The position numbers and the translations under genes were made by a program. From a virus (taxonomy: Duplodnaviria > Caudoviricetes), in IMG/VR virus record IMGVR_UViG_3300003937_000325: DNA of 64,000 bases; one strand, given 5' to 3'. The stretch's first letter is position 1. The number at the start of each line of letters is the position of its first letter. The notes beneath the pieces were generated by a model. The model was not told the origin of the DNA, did not search any database, and saw only the letters and a program-made list of their open reading frames with translations. Below, in pieces: positions 46,967 through 56,792 of this stretch.

Positions 46967-47134
46967 ATGAAATTATTAAGAACAATTACAGAAATAGTTG
47001 AGGAAGCGGAAACTAATTATTACACCGCTTCTATAGAAACTAATGACCCGAAGGAGCTTGAAGTTTTAGAATCCAAATTAAATGATAGTCTCAGATTATT
47101 AGAGATTTACAAAGGCATAAAAAAAGAGGACTAA
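46967..47134 (+). CDS. 55-aa acidic helical protein (not in ORF track)
   Basis: MKLLRTITEIVEEAETNYYTASIETNDPKELEVLESKLNDSLRLLEIYKGIKKED*; own TATTTAT; AAAGAGG-actaaa-CCTCTTT hairpin spans the stop. Confidence 0.65.
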   Translation: MKLLRTITEIVEEAETNYYTASIETNDPKELEVLESKLNDSLRLLEIYKGIKKED

Positions 47135-47168
47135 ACCTCTTTATTATTATTTTAAATTAACTTTGGTT

Positions 47169-47901
47169 CTATATTGAACTAGTTCCTTGTGGGTACTCCA
47201 CCAACATCTTATCGATATCTTTTCTTTCGGCTTGTACTATGTAAAAACACTTCACTTTAGAACTTAAAATGTTTGAATTCCCTACAATCACAGTATTATC
47301 TACAATATTCTTAACAAATAAATTTTGATGTGACCCAATTGGTGTTAACTGTACTGTTATCGTACTTTCATCAACTAATTCTAACCAATAATCTGGTAAC
47401 TCAATAACTTTACTACCCTCTAATTTACCTCTAACATAAACACCGTGTTCAGGACCCTCTAATGAACCATGTCTTAAATTCGTAACCTTCAATCTGATTA
47501 GTCGCACGCTCAGATGATTTTATTTGTACTACCGTACTATAACTATCATCAGCTTCGAAGAACACTCTAGGTCTAAGGGTTGGGGATACTGAGACGGTTT
47601 TAATTATTGCAGTCAACTCATTAGTATTTGACCTAAATTCTAAATTATTATCATCTTGGACAACTATTCTATTACCCCCTAAAGTACCATCTCCTGTATA
47701 TAAATTTTCAGAATTACTAAAACTAACACCTCCATTACCATCAGTAGTTAAAACTTGATTAGCTGAACCATCAGTTGTTGGAAACGTATAGCTAGAATTA
47801 AATTTTATAACCCCACCGGTAGAAATTTGTATTCGTTCACTACCTCCTGAAGTTAAATCTAACCCTGTCGTATTATTATAATATAGTCCGTTATCGGCCA
47901 T
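47169..47901 (-). pseudogene. tail-fibre-like gene split by a frameshift/deletion (ORFs 47449..47901 and 47169..47507)
   Basis: upstream ORF has fibre modules; downstream frame encodes the fibre C-terminal domain LRHGSLEGPEHGVYVRG...ITVQLTPIG...AERKD but lacks the KSF.I.HP segment I expect before it and has only a weak GTG start. Confidence 0.55.
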
Positions 47902-47917
47902 GTTCTTTTTTTATTTT

Positions 47918-47945
47918 GGCTATGGGAGAGAAATGAATCTCTCCC
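47918..47945 (-). promoter_or_regulatory. 5'-leader hairpin followed by ATAGCC
   Basis: minus strand GGGAGAGA-TTCATT-TCTCTCCC-ATAGCC, 16 nt before ATG 47901. Confidence 0.55.
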
Positions 47946-47963
47946 GTTAATTATAGTCTATTG

Positions 47964-47970
47964 ATAAATA
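47964..47970 (-). promoter_or_regulatory. TATTTAT putative late promoter element
   Basis: upstream of the leader hairpin of gene 47901. Confidence 0.45.
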
Positions 47971-48008
47971 GTTTCAATACAATTTATATTGATTTTTTTT
48001 ATCCTTAA

Positions 48009-50120
48009 TTAGATAACTTGTACCCAACCAAATGACTTATAGATGTATACACCTTCTCTACTATCAGTTTGATAAACCATCAATCCTGTTGCTGGTGAAC
48101 CAATCGCTAATCTTTGAGCCGATGTCATTCTTGGAAATAAGAACCCTTTAGTAGTTGAGTTTACCTCTAAGACTGCTGTAGCCTCAGGTGCATTTGCTCC
48201 TCCACCAATATGAACACTTGCTGATGTTTCATCAACATATAGTGTATCATTAAGATTAATACTACCTTTAATGAAATTTATTACTCCGTTTCCTAAATCA
48301 ACAGTTCTCGCAGCATCCGTTAATTGTCCATCAATATTATAGATGTTTTGAGATGTTACCGAACCATCAACTGTAATGTCAATAGTATCAGCCGCACCAC
48401 CTGCAGTAATTATTGCTGATGAATCCGAAGATATGAACGTTAATGTTCCACCTAAGTCTACATCTGAATCAGTTCCCGCAGTTCCCGCGAATGTTAATGA
48501 ATCATTAACTAATCTTGCGTTTCCGATAGAACCATCAATTAATTCTGCCGTTACTGAAGCTCCCGCACTAACTGTAAAGTCAATTTCTGATGAATCAACA
48601 AAATTAGCTACTTCAAACACTGAAGCTAAAACCTTACCATCAAAGTCACTAACTTGAGATGCTGTAATGTCAATTGTTACATCAGCCGCCGCAGTTAATC
48701 TACCTTGAGAATCAACTGTAAATGTCGCCACTGTATCAGCCGCCCCGTAAGATGCCGCAGTTACCGCCGTATCATCAAGATTGAATGTTACTGTGTCAGT
48801 TGCTGAACCTACACCTGTAATACCTGTACCACCTAAAAGGTTTAAAGTATCACCTAACTGTACAACTTGTCCAACACCACTATCACTAGATAAGTTAAAT
48901 TGAAATCCTGAAGCAGTTACATCAGGTTTACCATTACTTAAAGATAATGTTAATGTTCCTGAACCTAATGTTGCACCTGTTACGAATGAATCCGAAACTG
49001 ATGATGCGTCTACTGTTAAGTCTAAACCACCTGAACCATTTCCTGTAGCTACAATAGAACCATCAGAAGATGTGAATGTTAAATCACTACCTAAATTAAT
49101 GTCAGAATTAGTACCCGCAGTACCATTAACCCCAATTGAAGAGTTAACTAAAGATGCCGTTACTGAAGCTCCCGCACTAACTGTAAAGTCAATACCTGCC
49201 GCTCCTGTTGAATCAACAAAGTTAGCTACTTCAAACACTGAAGATAAAACCTCACTATCAAAGTCAGTTACCTGAGATGCCGTTATTGCAATTGCTTGTT
49301 CTGATGCCGCAGTTAAACGACCTTGTTGGTCAACTGTAAACGTTACCGTTTCACTTGCTGAACCATAAGTACCTGGAGTCACTGCCGTATCATCAAGTGT
49401 AACTGTAATACTTAAACTACCATCATCTACAGTTGAAATACCTGTACCACCTAAAATATTAAGTCTATCACCGTTATACATTGTTGAGTTACCTGAGTCA
49501 GCATTAGTAAACCATGAGAACCCTGTAACGTCTACGTTAGCACCATCATTCCTTGTAAGTCTTAATGTACCTGACGCTGGTGAGTTGATTGTTCCACTCG
49601 TTACGAACGTATCAGTATCATCAATACCTGTGATTGTAATATCACTTTCTAATCCTCCGTTTATCGCTAAAGTAATTGTACCCGCGTTGTAAGTACCTGC
49701 AGTAATAAAAGGTAACTCAAAGTTACCTGATACTGTACCTGTACCTGATTGTGCAATACCCCATGAAGTATCATAAGCTACACTTGTTAATGCGTCGATA
49801 GTAAATGTGGTATCAGCGATATCATTGTATGCGACTGTTACTACATTTGAAGCTTCGGTTACGTCTGTGACTACTGTACCAACAGCGATATCACTACGTG
49901 TTCCGACAACCCCGTTGCCATCTACCACCATAAAGTTCGTATTTGAACTTGACGATGGGATTCCTTCAAACCTAACACCTGCCGCGTCTACGTGGAAATC
50001 TGTACTCGGTGCAATTGTACCGAAACCAAATTGTCCTGATGCGTCGATAATCATCCTATCAACCGTACCCGTAGCGAACGTTAAACCTGAAGTTTGTAAA
50101 TTTAAACCATTTGTTGCCAT
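48009..50120 (-). CDS. tail fibre-like protein with internal duplication and Bacteroidota-type C-terminal module
   Basis: two copies of LDDTAVT..YG.A....TFTVD.QGRLTAA....I.ITASQV.DFD..VL.SVFEVANFVDS; C-terminal LEVNSTTKGFLFPRMTSAQRLAI.SPATGLMVYQTD. Confidence 0.75.
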   Translation of the reverse strand: MATNGLNLQTSGLTFATGTVDRMIIDASGQFGFGTIAPSTDFHVDAAGVRFEGIPSSSSNTNFMVVDGNGVVGTRSDIAVGTVVTDVTEASNVVTVAYNDIADTTFTIDALTSVAYDTSWGIAQSGTGTVSGNFELPFITAGTYNAGTITLAINGGLESDITITGIDDTDTFVTSGTINSPASGTLRLTRNDGANVDVTGFSWFTNADSGNSTMYNGDRLNILGGTGISTVDDGSLSITVTLDDTAVTPGTYGSASETVTFTVDQQGRLTAASEQAIAITASQVTDFDSEVLSSVFEVANFVDSTGAAGIDFTVSAGASVTASLVNSSIGVNGTAGTNSDINLGSDLTFTSSDGSIVATGNGSGGLDLTVDASSVSDSFVTGATLGSGTLTLSLSNGKPDVTASGFQFNLSSDSGVGQVVQLGDTLNLLGGTGITGVGSATDTVTFNLDDTAVTAASYGAADTVATFTVDSQGRLTAAADVTIDITASQVSDFDGKVLASVFEVANFVDSSEIDFTVSAGASVTAELIDGSIGNARLVNDSLTFAGTAGTDSDVDLGGTLTFISSDSSAIITAGGAADTIDITVDGSVTSQNIYNIDGQLTDAARTVDLGNGVINFIKGSINLNDTLYVDETSASVHIGGGANAPEATAVLEVNSTTKGFLFPRMTSAQRLAIGSPATGLMVYQTDSREGVYIYKSFGWVQVI

Positions 50121-50171
50121 TGTTATTTTGTTTTTTAATTGGTTATTATCCCTATTTTATTAGTAAGGCTG

Positions 50172-50624
50172 TTACAATACATTGACCCATCCTAAAGATT
50201 TATACATAAACATACCCTCTTTAGCGTTACTTGTGTTATCTGTACAATACACCAATAAACCTGGAAGGGGATTACTTATATTTAGTCTCTGTGATTGAGT
50301 CATTCTCGGAATTAAAAGTCCTTGACTCTCACTCGCTAATTCTAATAAGGCACATACAGGAGACGAGGTCCCTGTACCGATTGATACTCCTGAATCACCA
50401 CTAAATGTTAGGTGGTTAGTATCTTGGTCGACAATACGGTTACTATCAAGTGTACCATCGTCCGTATATATGTTGGTATTAGGTATCGTTGAAATATCTC
50501 TGTACTTTACCTCAGTACCATCAAGTACTAAAATAGAGTTGACGTTAACATCTAAGTCAACTGTCGAGATAAATGTCTTTCCACTTACCGATAATCCATG
50601 TCTTGTTACAAACTCTCTTGCCAT
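50172..50624 (-). CDS. short fibre-like protein sharing N- and C-terminal modules with its neighbours
   Basis: start set at MAREFVTRHGL (cf. MAHELVARNGL of 52193); NIYTDDGTL module; LLELASESQGLLIPRMTQSQR module. Confidence 0.7.
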   Translation of the reverse strand: MAREFVTRHGLSVSGKTFISTVDLDVNVNSILVLDGTEVKYRDISTIPNTNIYTDDGTLDSNRIVDQDTNHLTFSGDSGVSIGTGTSSPVCALLELASESQGLLIPRMTQSQRLNISNPLPGLLVYCTDNTSNAKEGMFMYKSLGWVNVL

Positions 50625-50642
50625 TTTATTTTTTTTTCTTAA

Positions 50643-50672
50643 GGCTATTGAGGGAAGGAGGACTTCCCTCAA
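50643..50672 (-). promoter_or_regulatory. 5'-leader hairpin followed by ATAGCC
   Basis: minus strand TTGAGGGAAG-TCCTC-CTTCCCTCAA then TAGCC, 18 nt before ATG 50624; TATTTAA variant at 50697..50703. Confidence 0.55.
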
Positions 50673-50747
50673 AATTTTAATTATTATTCTTTATTATTAA
50701 ATAGATATTCTAAGTAATAACATTGGTTATTATAACTTTTATTTTAA

Positions 50748-52193
50748 TTATATTTTAACCGCTCTTGTATTCGCTATACAGTCCATATTTTGAACTGCTC
50801 CCGCAACGACTCTTATTTCACCATTTGCAGTTGCGTCAAGTTCAACACCCGCCGTAAACGTCCCTAAATCAACAGTCGACCAATCAGCAAATTCTACCGA
50901 AGGTGTATTCTCAGCGTCTCTACCAAATACCGCAGTAAAGAATCCTGAACGGTATCCATTTCCTCCACCTTTTTCAGTTAAAAAGTATTCAACGTGAACC
51001 GCACCATATACCAATGGGTCAACACTAAATAAAACCTGTGTACCACCACCTGACGATGTGACTCTTATTGTTTGTTCTGAGTCAATTAGAACTGTGTTAC
51101 CATCATTTCTTGTTAAAGTCGCCTCAGGGTAATCAACAGTAGCACCCGTCACAAATGTATCACCTGTTAATGTACCAAAACCTGAAACTACAATATCGGA
51201 CTCTAAACCATCGTTTATTTCTAAAGTAAGTGACCCTCCATTTAAAGTTGCCCCTGTAATGAACGGTAAAGCCACAGGAGTTGTACCAAGTGTACCTGTT
51301 CCTGCAAATGCTACGTCCCACGCACTACTGTAAGTAACCGCAGTTAAAGCATCTATCGTACCTATAGTTATACCAGTAGACGATGTATTTAATGTTATTA
51401 TATTGTTAGTTATTGAACCACCTGAAACATACGGTTGGTCTAATAAAGTAGTAATTGTTAAACCTCCATCATCTACAACAGTTAAACCCGGTCCACCTCT
51501 AAAATTAATTCTACTTCCATTATAGAAAGTTGACGTACCTTGGTCACCTGTAGTAGTAAATTCTAAACCTGTAACGTCAACATTACTGTTGTCATTTAAT
51601 CTAAGTCTCATTGTGCCAAGTGCCGGTGAATTAATTGTTCCACCTGTAACAAACGTATCACCTGTTAGTGTTCCAAATCCTGAAACTACAATGTCAGATT
51701 CTAATCCTTGGTTTATTTCTAAAGTAAGTGACCCTCCATTTAAAGTTGCTCCTGTAATGAATGGTAATTCAATTGGACTAGCACCTAAAGTACCGTATCC
51801 CGCTAATGCGACATCCCAATCGTTATTATAGGTTAAACCTGTTACCGCAGCTACTTCTATGTTAAAGTCCGCTCCTTGATTATTTGTGAAGGTCAGTGCT
51901 CCTGTCCCTCCGTTTAATGTACCACCTGTTACGTGAATATTCACGTCAGCTATTGATACTGTACCTCCTTGATTATTTGTTAATACAAGGGTTGAATCCC
52001 CTATTCCGCTTAGCGTACCACCTGTTATGAAAGTATCACCACTAAACGAGGCTAGTGATAAAAAATTTACTTCATTATTTGACGGGTCTAAAGCTAGAAT
52101 AGTAGACGATAATGATTGGTCTAATTGTACGTCTCCAAGGAATGTACTTCCTGAGACTCTTAAACCGTTTCTTGCTACTAATTCGTGTGCCAT
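50748..52193 (-). CDS. virion fibre-like protein with GDTFVTGG repeats and duplicated module
   Basis: two copies of WDVA.AG.GTLG..P..LPFITGATLNGGSLTLEIN.GLESDIVVSGFGTLTGDTFVTG; C-terminal YGAVHVEYF...YRSG domain. Confidence 0.7.
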   Translation of the reverse strand: MAHELVARNGLRVSGSTFLGDVQLDQSLSSTILALDPSNNEVNFLSLASFSGDTFITGGTLSGIGDSTLVLTNNQGGTVSIADVNIHVTGGTLNGGTGALTFTNNQGADFNIEVAAVTGLTYNNDWDVALAGYGTLGASPIELPFITGATLNGGSLTLEINQGLESDIVVSGFGTLTGDTFVTGGTINSPALGTMRLRLNDNSNVDVTGLEFTTTGDQGTSTFYNGSRINFRGGPGLTVVDDGGLTITTLLDQPYVSGGSITNNIITLNTSSTGITIGTIDALTAVTYSSAWDVAFAGTGTLGTTPVALPFITGATLNGGSLTLEINDGLESDIVVSGFGTLTGDTFVTGATVDYPEATLTRNDGNTVLIDSEQTIRVTSSGGGTQVLFSVDPLVYGAVHVEYFLTEKGGGNGYRSGFFTAVFGRDAENTPSVEFADWSTVDLGTFTAGVELDATANGEIRVVAGAVQNMDCIANTRAVKI

Positions 52194-52205
52194 TTTTTTA
52201 TTTTT

Positions 52206-53684
52206 TTATATAATGTGTTTAATTATCCTGATATTCCAGGTCCCCCCTAAAATATTGGCTTTTAGTAACGCATCGTTACCATTCAATTCCATCCCCCATG
52301 AAAAATTATTAGTTGTTCCTATATCAACCGTTGAGAAATCATTGAAATCTATATCAGTACTCGACCATACCGCTTGTATTGTTCCAGCCCTATAGTTAGT
52401 ACCATCATCAATTACATAATCAAAGAACACTGCTCTATATGTTGTAGTATCCACAGAATCAATAGTTGTCCCACTAACCGAAACATTAGAATCATTTACT
52501 AATCCAATATGTGTTAATATTTCTAAACCTGTAATTTGTGAAGTTGTTCCATCATTATTATTTAATGTAATAGAACCACCTGAATAAGTACCCCCTGTTA
52601 CTTCAGCCGCAAATGTTCCAGCATTAAAATCAACACCATCATTTAAACCTAACGTTAATGTCTTAGTTATTTGATTATATGACATACCTGTCACATATGT
52701 ATCCTCAGTAGTCCCTGTTGTAAAACCTGTTAGTGTAACTACAGAACCATCACTATTTTTTAACTCAACTGTACCCGAACTATTATTATAAGTACCACCC
52801 GTTAATTCAGTGTCAGTTGGTTGTTGCCATTGTCCATCACCCCTATAAAATGTTTTATCGTTTGCTCCACCACCATTATTTATTAAAGCAATGGTCATTT
52901 CATCAGGGTTAATCGCCGCGTCGGTAGCTATACCCGCACCTCCTGGTTCTTGGTAACCCGTGAAATTTAAAGTGAATCCATCAACAACCTCAATTGGTGT
53001 AGTAGGTACGTTATCACCAGATGCCGTCCACCCTGTATATGACCCTGTACCACCCGTAGTAAAACCTGTAACATTGAATGTTCCACCCGTACTATTAGTA
53101 AAGACCGCAGTACCATTACTATAGGTACCACCTGTTACAGTAATATCGGTACCGTAAAATATTTTCCATCTGGCGTTTGCTCGTGTTACTCCACTTACAC
53201 CTTCTATTGATGAATCTAACCAAGCATTTATGAAATTAGTACCACCAACGTTTGGTGCGAACTGTGTACCCGAACTAATTGTGGTAGTCGTGTCACCAGT
53301 TTCTACCGCACCACCAGCAAAGGCATCATCGTATAGAGTTTCATAGTTATTTATAACATATTGATAAACTGTGTCCGTTTCATGAACATAAACTAACTGA
53401 CCTAACCTTCGTCTACCAGATGATATTAAATCGTTATTAAGTGTTATTATGTTAGATTGAAAAGGAGCTAGTCTTTGATAGTATTCGATAGGGATTCTAT
53501 TAGCTTCTTCCCGTATATTACCTGTACCAATAATAGTAAAAATAAGGTCACTAAGAGCCCATACTTCAGTATATCCACCAACTAAACCAGCACTAAAAGT
53601 TGTACCCTTAGTATCGGTTCTAATTACTGATAATGTACCATTTACTATATCAGTTGATAGTGGATTTTTATATATGAATGACAT
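52206..53684 (-). CDS. virion fibre-like protein with VTGGTY repeats
   Basis: repeated TGGTY..GT..L.N..G motifs; C-terminal YRAVFFDYVI..YRAGTI domain paralogous to that of 50748. Confidence 0.7.
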   Translation of the reverse strand: MSFIYKNPLSTDIVNGTLSVIRTDTKGTTFSAGLVGGYTEVWALSDLIFTIIGTGNIREEANRIPIEYYQRLAPFQSNIITLNNDLISSGRRRLGQLVYVHETDTVYQYVINNYETLYDDAFAGGAVETGDTTTTISSGTQFAPNVGGTNFINAWLDSSIEGVSGVTRANARWKIFYGTDITVTGGTYSNGTAVFTNSTGGTFNVTGFTTGGTGSYTGWTASGDNVPTTPIEVVDGFTLNFTGYQEPGGAGIATDAAINPDEMTIALINNGGGANDKTFYRGDGQWQQPTDTELTGGTYNNSSGTVELKNSDGSVVTLTGFTTGTTEDTYVTGMSYNQITKTLTLGLNDGVDFNAGTFAAEVTGGTYSGGSITLNNNDGTTSQITGLEILTHIGLVNDSNVSVSGTTIDSVDTTTYRAVFFDYVIDDGTNYRAGTIQAVWSSTDIDFNDFSTVDIGTTNNFSWGMELNGNDALLKANILGGTWNIRIIKHII

Positions 53685-53699
53685 CTATTTCTTTATTTT

Positions 53700-53706
53700 A
53701 TAAATA
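53700..53706 (-). promoter_or_regulatory. TATTTAT putative late promoter element
   Basis: 15 nt upstream of ATG 53684. Confidence 0.5.
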
Positions 53707-53738
53707 TGTAGAGTTAACTACTTTTCTTTTATTATTTA

Positions 53739-56681
53739 CTAAATTAAACTACCCCCTCTAATATAATTAGCTGTGGTATCTACAACACCCGAAGCCCCTT
53801 GGTTCCATCCTCCATTACTAGAGAATACTCGATATGTTCCATTCGGCCAATTTGAGCCCGTATATGTAATATCAAAACGTCTAAGAGTACTATCGGTAGT
53901 TAATGGACTTAAACTATTTGGTGCTCCCGCGAAATTAAATTGTACATCACCGTAAACTAAAGATGATGAGTCTAATAATGAATGTGGTACCCATATCGAA
54001 TACCATACATTACCTGTAGTCGTATTTGCAATTATTTCAGCAGTTTCAAATACAAACGCATCTATTGGATTTCCTTGACTATCACTACCTCCCGTAACTT
54101 GAGGTACTGGAACTTTTATAACAGGCGGTACATTCGCTGTTCCATTAACAAATCCTGGCCAATCCATATAAATCTTTAAATCTGCTACATTAGTCCCATT
54201 TACTCCCGAACCTCCTTGGAAACCATACCAAGATGATGCACCTGTATTAAACATATATCGTAAAATATCCGTATTTGGATTTGAACCAAATACTGAGTCA
54301 TCAGCTGATTCCATAAATATTAACGCTTGTTTGTCTTCTTCTGGTCTCAATGATGGAGTCGGAGTTGGAGTAATAGTATTAGTCGGAGTCATAGTCGGAG
54401 TATTAGTTACTGTTGGTGTAGGTGTATTAGTTGGTGTATTAGTTGGGGTATTAGTTGGCGTGTTTGTTGGAGTATTTGTTGGAGTGTTAGTAGGTGTAGG
54501 AGTGTTAGTCGGTGTATTCGTAGGAGTATTTGTCGGTGTCGGGGTGTTAGTAGGGGTGTTAGTTGGAGTATTCGTAGGTGTATTAGTCGGCGTATTCGTA
54601 GGTGTGTTAGTTGGAGTATTTGTTGGAGTATTTGTCGGTGTTAGGGTAGGAGTTATAGTTGGTGTGTTAGTTGGAGTATTTGTCGGTGTGTTAGTTGGCG
54701 TGTTAGTTGGTGTGTTAGTAGGCGTGTTCGTAGGAGTATTTGTTGGAGTATTGGTTGGTGTAGGAGTATTAGTAGGAGTGTTAGTTGGGGTGTTAGTAGG
54801 AGTATTAGTTGGTGTGTTTGTTGGAGTATTAGTTGGTGTGTTAGTAGGGGTACTAGTTAGTGTTGGAGTTATTGTTGGAGTTATTGTTGGAGTATTAGTT
54901 GGAGTGTTAGTTGGAGTATTGGTTGGAGTATTAGTCGGTGTATTTGTAGGAGTTAATGTTGGGGTATTAGTAGGAGTATTTGTTGGTGTGTTAGTCGGAG
55001 TATTGGTTGGCGTATTAGTCGGAGTATTAGTTGGAGTATTAGTTGGAGTATTAGTTGGCGTATTAGTTGGGGTAGGAGTATTAGTTGGCGTATTCGTAGG
55101 AGTATTTGTCGGTGTGTTAGTAGGAGTATTTGTTGGTGTGTTAGTCGGAGTATTAGTTGGAGTATTAGTTGGAGTATTTGTCGGTGTATTTGTTGGAGTA
55201 TTAGTTGGAGTGTTAGTAGGTGTAGACGTATTTGTCGGAGTGTTCGTAGGTGTGTTAGTTGGAGTTAGTGTTGGAGTTAGTGTTGGAGTTATTGTTGGAG
55301 TTATTGTTGGAGTATTCGTAGGTGTGTTAGTTGGCGTATTCGTTGGCGTATTCGTTGGTGTATTCGTTGGAGTAGGTGTTATAGTTGCGTCAGGAGTTGA
55401 AGTAGGAGATGGTGTTACAGTATTAGTAGGAGTTAATGTTGGAGTATTAGTCGGAGTATTAGTCGGTGTATTTGTAGGAGTTAATGTTGGAGTATTAGTA
55501 GGAGTATTGGTTGGGGTGTTAGTAGGAGTATTAGTTGGAGTATTAGTTGGGGTATTAGTTGGGGTGTTAGTAGGGGTGTTAGTAGGGGTAGGAGTTATAG
55601 TTGCATCAGGAGTTGAAGTAGGAGATGGTGTTACAGTATTAGTTGGGGTATTAGTTGGTGTATTTGTTGGAGTATTGGTTGGAGTGTTAGTAGGAGTATT
55701 GGTTGGAGTTTGTGTTGGAGTATTAGTCGGCGTATTAGTAGGGGTGTTAGTAGGAGTATTGGTTGGAGTTTGTGTTGGAGTTTGTGTTGGAGTATTAGTC
55801 GGCGTATTAGTCGGCGTATTAGTCGGAGTTGGTGTCGGAACGTTTGTAAATGAACCATCAACCACAAAATCACAATCTAAACCTGACGCTGTCGGAGTTG
55901 GAGTTTGTGTTGGTGTATTAGTTGGTGTTGGTGTTGGAATATTTGTAAATGAACCATCAACCACAAAATCACAATCTAACGTTGATGTTGCTGTCGGAGT
56001 AGGGGTTACAGTACTAGTTGGAGTATTAGTTGGAGTTACGGTTGGAGTAAGACCTGATGTTGGTGTTGGTGTAGGGGTTACAGTACTAGTTGGAGTATTA
56101 GTTGGCGTCGCCGTTGGCGTAATAGTTGGGGTAAGACCCGATGTTGGTGTCGGTGTAGGTGTTACAGTACCAGTAGGAGTATTAGTTGGCGTCGCCGTTG
56201 GCGTAATAGTTGGAGTAAGACCTGATGTTGGTGTTGGCGTAGGGGTCACAGTACCAGTAGGAGTATTAGTTGGTGTATTCGTAGGAGTACTAGTTGGGGT
56301 AATAGTTGGTGTGAGACCTGATGTTGGTGTCGGAGTAGGAGTTACAGTACTAGTTGGAGTATTAGTTGGTGTGTTAGTCGGAGTTGGAGTAAATCCTATT
56401 GTTACTGTTGGCGTAGGAGTTGGAGTTGGAGTTACATCGTCATCATAAACAATTATTTTTTTGGACACCGTCTCATCGTTACAACCTGGTTGCTTATTAA
56501 CGACAAAAATAGTGTATTCAATACCTGCAACTGAACCTGGTAAATCTAAAACAACACCCGCAACTATTTGGTCTCTAGTAATACCCGTTCTAATAGGCAC
56601 AGTCTGAGTAGAACCCGTGTGAATATCAAACGGTCCAACCGCATTTGAACTTAAAGTTAATCTTATTATTACTTGACCCAT
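53739..56681 (-). CDS. 980-aa virion protein dominated by a mucin-like (PTNT)n stalk
   Basis: short beta N-terminal domain, ~690-aa Pro/Thr tract, globular C-terminal domain; TATTTAT upstream. Confidence 0.75.
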   Translation of the reverse strand: MGQVIIRLTLSSNAVGPFDIHTGSTQTVPIRTGITRDQIVAGVVLDLPGSVAGIEYTIFVVNKQPGCNDETVSKKIIVYDDDVTPTPTPTPTVTIGFTPTPTNTPTNTPTSTVTPTPTPTSGLTPTITPTSTPTNTPTNTPTGTVTPTPTPTSGLTPTITPTATPTNTPTGTVTPTPTPTSGLTPTITPTATPTNTPTSTVTPTPTPTSGLTPTVTPTNTPTSTVTPTPTATSTLDCDFVVDGSFTNIPTPTPTNTPTQTPTPTASGLDCDFVVDGSFTNVPTPTPTNTPTNTPTNTPTQTPTQTPTNTPTNTPTNTPTNTPTQTPTNTPTNTPTNTPTNTPTNTPTNTVTPSPTSTPDATITPTPTNTPTNTPTNTPTNTPTNTPTNTPTNTPTNTPTLTPTNTPTNTPTNTPTLTPTNTVTPSPTSTPDATITPTPTNTPTNTPTNTPTNTPTNTPTITPTITPTLTPTLTPTNTPTNTPTNTSTPTNTPTNTPTNTPTNTPTNTPTNTPTNTPTNTPTNTPTNTPTNTPTNTPTPTNTPTNTPTNTPTNTPTNTPTNTPTNTPTNTPTNTPTLTPTNTPTNTPTNTPTNTPTNTPTITPTITPTLTSTPTNTPTNTPTNTPTNTPTNTPTNTPTNTPTPTNTPTNTPTNTPTNTPTNTPTNTPTNTPTNTPTITPTLTPTNTPTNTPTNTPTNTPTNTPTNTPTNTPTNTPTPTNTPTNTPTNTPTPTNTPTNTPTNTPTNTPTNTPTNTPTPTVTNTPTMTPTNTITPTPTPSLRPEEDKQALIFMESADDSVFGSNPNTDILRYMFNTGASSWYGFQGGSGVNGTNVADLKIYMDWPGFVNGTANVPPVIKVPVPQVTGGSDSQGNPIDAFVFETAEIIANTTTGNVWYSIWVPHSLLDSSSLVYGDVQFNFAGAPNSLSPLTTDSTLRRFDITYTGSNWPNGTYRVFSSNGGWNQGASGVVDTTANYIRGGSLI
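54355..56435 (-). repeat. (P-T-N-T)n mucin-like coding repeat, ~690 aa
   Basis: near-pure PTNT units, [11 protein letters not shown] cassettes, duplicated [13 protein letters not shown] and [13 protein letters not shown] inserts. Confidence 0.95.
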
Positions 56682-56700
56682 TAATTAATACATTTGTTAT

Positions 56701-56707
56701 ATAAATA
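56701..56707 (-). promoter_or_regulatory. TATTTAT putative late promoter element
   Basis: 19 nt upstream of ATG 56681. Confidence 0.5.
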
Positions 56708-56792
56708 CTGCGAGAATGTAAAATACAGATTTCTATTTACTTTATTTTTTTTTAGTTTTATCACTTGAATATATTATTATTTGTAGAAATTA

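Noticed and set aside
33697-56435. periodic 12-nt repeats that could be mistaken for a CRISPR array or satellite
   Set aside because: they are in-frame coding repeats with synonymous variation and no unique spacers or constant 25-45-nt repeat
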